IMG/VR virus record: IMGVR_UViG_3300037478_000050
Span: 1 to 45,537 of that record
Length of the DNA stretch: 45,537 nt
Strand: one strand, 5' to 3'
From: a virus
Lineage: Duplodnaviria; Caudoviricetes
Within the stretch, counting starts at the first letter, position 1. Each line of letters opens with the position of its first letter. This document shows, one piece after another, positions 43,416 through 45,537 of the stretch. A model generated the notes under the pieces. That model was given only the letters and a program-made list of their open reading frames with translations. It was not told where the DNA came from and did no database searches. The position numbers and the translations under genes are program-made.

Positions 43416-44309
43416 TTAAACGTGCTGCCACAGGATTGTGGCTTTCCTAATCCAACTATGAAAAAAACATTTCGCCCATATTTCAAAATCAGTTTTAATC
43501 CCTAGTGTTGCTGCGATATGTGGGATGAGTCCGTCACCGTGTACGATGTATTTGATACCTTCAAAATTAGAAAACTTAGGTATCAAATGTTTGAAATCCT
43601 CCGCTTGCTGCGTCATCCAGGGCGCAGTAGAGAATATCCGCCCGTTACATTTCACCGCCATGTGACGCTCGTTGGTCGTACTTTTGCTGATATGCGTCTC
43701 ACCATTGGCAAATGAACTATCAACGCCGTAGATGTGTATTGTTTTATATCCCATAGGAAGTGCGAGCACCATTGCGCGCGTGACAGCAGCACTACCTCCT
43801 ATCACCATAGGTTCCATTCTATTGTTGGCTTCCAGAATGTCCTGTATTTTTTCGTCACCAGCCGCATGCCAGCAGACAAGCTTGCATCCTTCTATCCTAT
43901 TAAATGCTTCTGGCGGACAGCGTGAAGCAAAGAGATAAGTAATCCTTGTATCTCGCACAACGAATTGCATGATGAGTGGATCAGCATCAAAGCACATCAT
44001 GTATTGCGGGACAACACCATTTTCTAAAAGGAACTTGCACGCAGAATTACAGGCGATGATGTCGCCTTTGAACTTCTTCAGTTTGTGCCAATTCTCTTTT
44101 AGAGAAGGGCCGCTGCCAACAATGGCAACAGCCCCGGACTTCGTTCCGATCAATTCATTGAACGGGATGTAATCCCGCATCAACGCGCTTTCGATATTCG
44201 CGCTGATATCTTCAACGCTATTAGCAAGCGCACCGTGAATAACTAGCGGCAACCACCCAACATTCGGGAGATATACTTTATCCACGGTTAACGGATCAGA
44301 GTATTTCAT
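43416..44309 (-). CDS. Maf/DUF115 (MptE-like) domain protein, putative nonulosonate transferase
   Basis: AVAIVGSGPSL, IIACNSA..FL...G..P.Y..CFDA and GGS.....A..LA..MGYK.IHIYGVDSSF; start MKYSDP at 44309; AT-rich. Confidence 0.75.
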   Translation of the reverse strand: MKYSDPLTVDKVYLPNVGWLPLVIHGALANSVEDISANIESALMRDYIPFNELIGTKSGAVAIVGSGPSLKENWHKLKKFKGDIIACNSACKFLLENGVVPQYMMCFDADPLIMQFVVRDTRITYLFASRCPPEAFNRIEGCKLVCWHAAGDEKIQDILEANNRMEPMVIGGSAAVTRAMVLALPMGYKTIHIYGVDSSFANGETHISKSTTNERHMAVKCNGRIFSTAPWMTQQAEDFKHLIPKFSNFEGIKYIVHGDGLIPHIAATLGIKTDFEIWAKCFFHSWIRKATILWQHV

Positions 44310-44313
44310 TAGC

Positions 44314-44820
44314 TTACGAAAGCGGCTGCACGCTACGAGGATACGTGAGCGTAGCCCGCGCGACGGAAGCTGCTGCGGTACTCGCCGAAGTCGTAACCCA
44401 GAGGCCCAAAGCGGTCGCCCCAACACCAACAGCAGCGGCATTTTGCAGCCGTCCACTATTGGTACTGAATGCCGCTCCACCGCTCGCCAGAGCAGTTACA
44501 GTGCCAGTGCAAAGCACGTACAGGTTGCGCCCATACGTAGCGACCCAGCCGAATTCCGACTGGTTGATCTGCGCCTGTGCAGCGCCGATCATCTGGCCTT
44601 GCGATCCGCCCGTGAGTTGCGCCGTAGTAAGAACCTTCGCGGTACCCGTAGGCAGAATGAGAACGAGCGCACCCGTAATCAGGGTAGAAGTCGCCTCGAT
44701 GTACTGATAACGCGCGCCATCGGTCGTGTCCGCGACCGTGCCGAGCGCAAACAGTGCCGAAGCATCGCTCGCATTGAGATTTGCCCCAATGAGGCTTGAA
44801 ACAATGGTTTGATTAGCCAT
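44314..44820 (-). CDS. Capsid decoration / minor head protein (putative)
   Basis: 168 aa Ala/Thr/Gly-rich protein directly downstream of the capsid gene; FALGT.....G..Y.Y and FGWV; AAGGAG RBS. Confidence 0.6.
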   Translation of the reverse strand: MANQTIVSSLIGANLNASDASALFALGTVADTTDGARYQYIEATSTLITGALVLILPTGTAKVLTTAQLTGGSQGQMIGAAQAQINQSEFGWVATYGRNLYVLCTGTVTALASGGAAFSTNSGRLQNAAAVGVGATALGLWVTTSASTAAASVARATLTYPRSVQPLS

Positions 44821-44829
44821 GTTGGCTCC

Positions 44830-45537
44830 TTAAGCGATCAGCACGCCGCTGAACTGAGGACCGCTGGAAGTCATGTTACCCGCCCAGCCCATCAGCTTCA
44901 CGATAGCGTCCTGGTTCACTGACTGGCGCTCGCCGCCAATCGGTACGAAGTTGCGATCCCGGTGCGGCCGGAAAAAGATGTAGTTCGTGTTCAGCGCCCA
45001 CATATGCGCGGCAGTAGCGCCGCCCGTGGTCCCTGCGGTGTTTACCGCGCCGTTGACGCCAGAACCCATCACCACATCTGCAGCCATGCCCCCGCCGTAG
45101 AACTTCAGCGACGGGAATCCCGCGCCTGCGGTCGCGCCGCCATCTGCGCTGGAAATGCGCTGGATGGCCTGCAGCGAATTGACGTAGAACGAAAAGTACG
45201 TCGAATCCGCGACCCACAGATCAGGCTTGTCGCTTCCGCGAACGAGGGACAGAGCCAGCGTCGTCATGTACTGCTGGATGTTCGCCGCGCTTACCGCCGC
45301 GCCGCCATCCGATGCTCCGCTGTAGCTCTGCGACTGCCAGAACGTCCAAGTTGCCCGGTCGATGCCGCCGTAAGTGCCGCTCGTGGGCGTGTCGGGTACT
45401 GCGAGGGCAAGTCCCGTAAGATTCTTGCCGCTATTGCCGGTGCCGTCCTGATAGCAGTCGTAGTCGATGCGGTTGGCGAGTTGCGCTTCCGCAACCTTCA
45501 TACGGCCTTCCATCAGGTCGATGATGGCTTCCTTGCT
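44830..45537 (-). CDS. Major capsid protein, C-terminal part
   Basis: Continuation of 1..715: GTYGGIDRATW.FW, GAGF.SLKF and LNTNYIFFRPH.DRNFVP......NQDA.V....WAGN.T.S. Confidence 0.88.
   Translation of the reverse strand, partial: SKEAIIDLMEGRMKVAEAQLANRIDYDCYQDGTGNSGKNLTGLALAVPDTPTSGTYGGIDRATWTFWQSQSYSGASDGGAAVSAANIQQYMTTLALSLVRGSDKPDLWVADSTYFSFYVNSLQAIQRISSADGGATAGAGFPSLKFYGGGMAADVVMGSGVNGAVNTAGTTGGATAAHMWALNTNYIFFRPHRDRNFVPIGGERQSVNQDAIVKLMGWAGNMTSSGPQFSGVLIA
45147..45537. repeat. Terminal direct repeat / circular assembly overlap, copy 2
   Basis: Matches 1-391 at 378 of 391 positions. Confidence 0.95.

Overview
This is an apparently complete, circularly permuted tailed-phage genome of about 45.15 kb. 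Bases 1-391 are repeated at 45147-45537 with 13 mismatches, and the break falls inside the major capsid gene. A leftward late operon runs from about 9549 through the junction to 32672. It encodes terminase, portal, scaffold, capsid, tail tubular proteins, ejection proteins, fibre/LamG proteins and a lysis cassette; the set is podovirus-like, with no tape measure protein. A RepA-type AAA helicase with an ori-like repeat region lies upstream. A rightward early region carries many small ORFs, a DNA methyltransferase, a Lar-like protein, a putative ssDNA-annealing protein and a small HTH protein; a VRR-NUC nuclease lies within it on the opposite strand. No integrase, CI-type repressor, DNA polymerase, tRNA or CRISPR array was recognised. 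Two features stand out. (1) A 10.8 kb cluster (22011-32767) encodes compact nucleotide-sugar enzymes resembling a legionaminic-acid-type nonulosonate pathway plus heptose-type, TPP-dependent and radical SAM enzymes. A Maf/DUF115-type transferase, a methyltransferase and a PAPS-reductase-like enzyme sit inside the virion operon. Together these suggest a phage-encoded glycosylation system for the virion or host surface. (2) A roughly 300-nt structured non-coding region with a 7-8 nt periodic AAGG tract directly follows a DIP1984/DUF6847-like coiled-coil gene, suggesting a protein-ncRNA module. All family assignments come from motif recognition by eye, not database searches.
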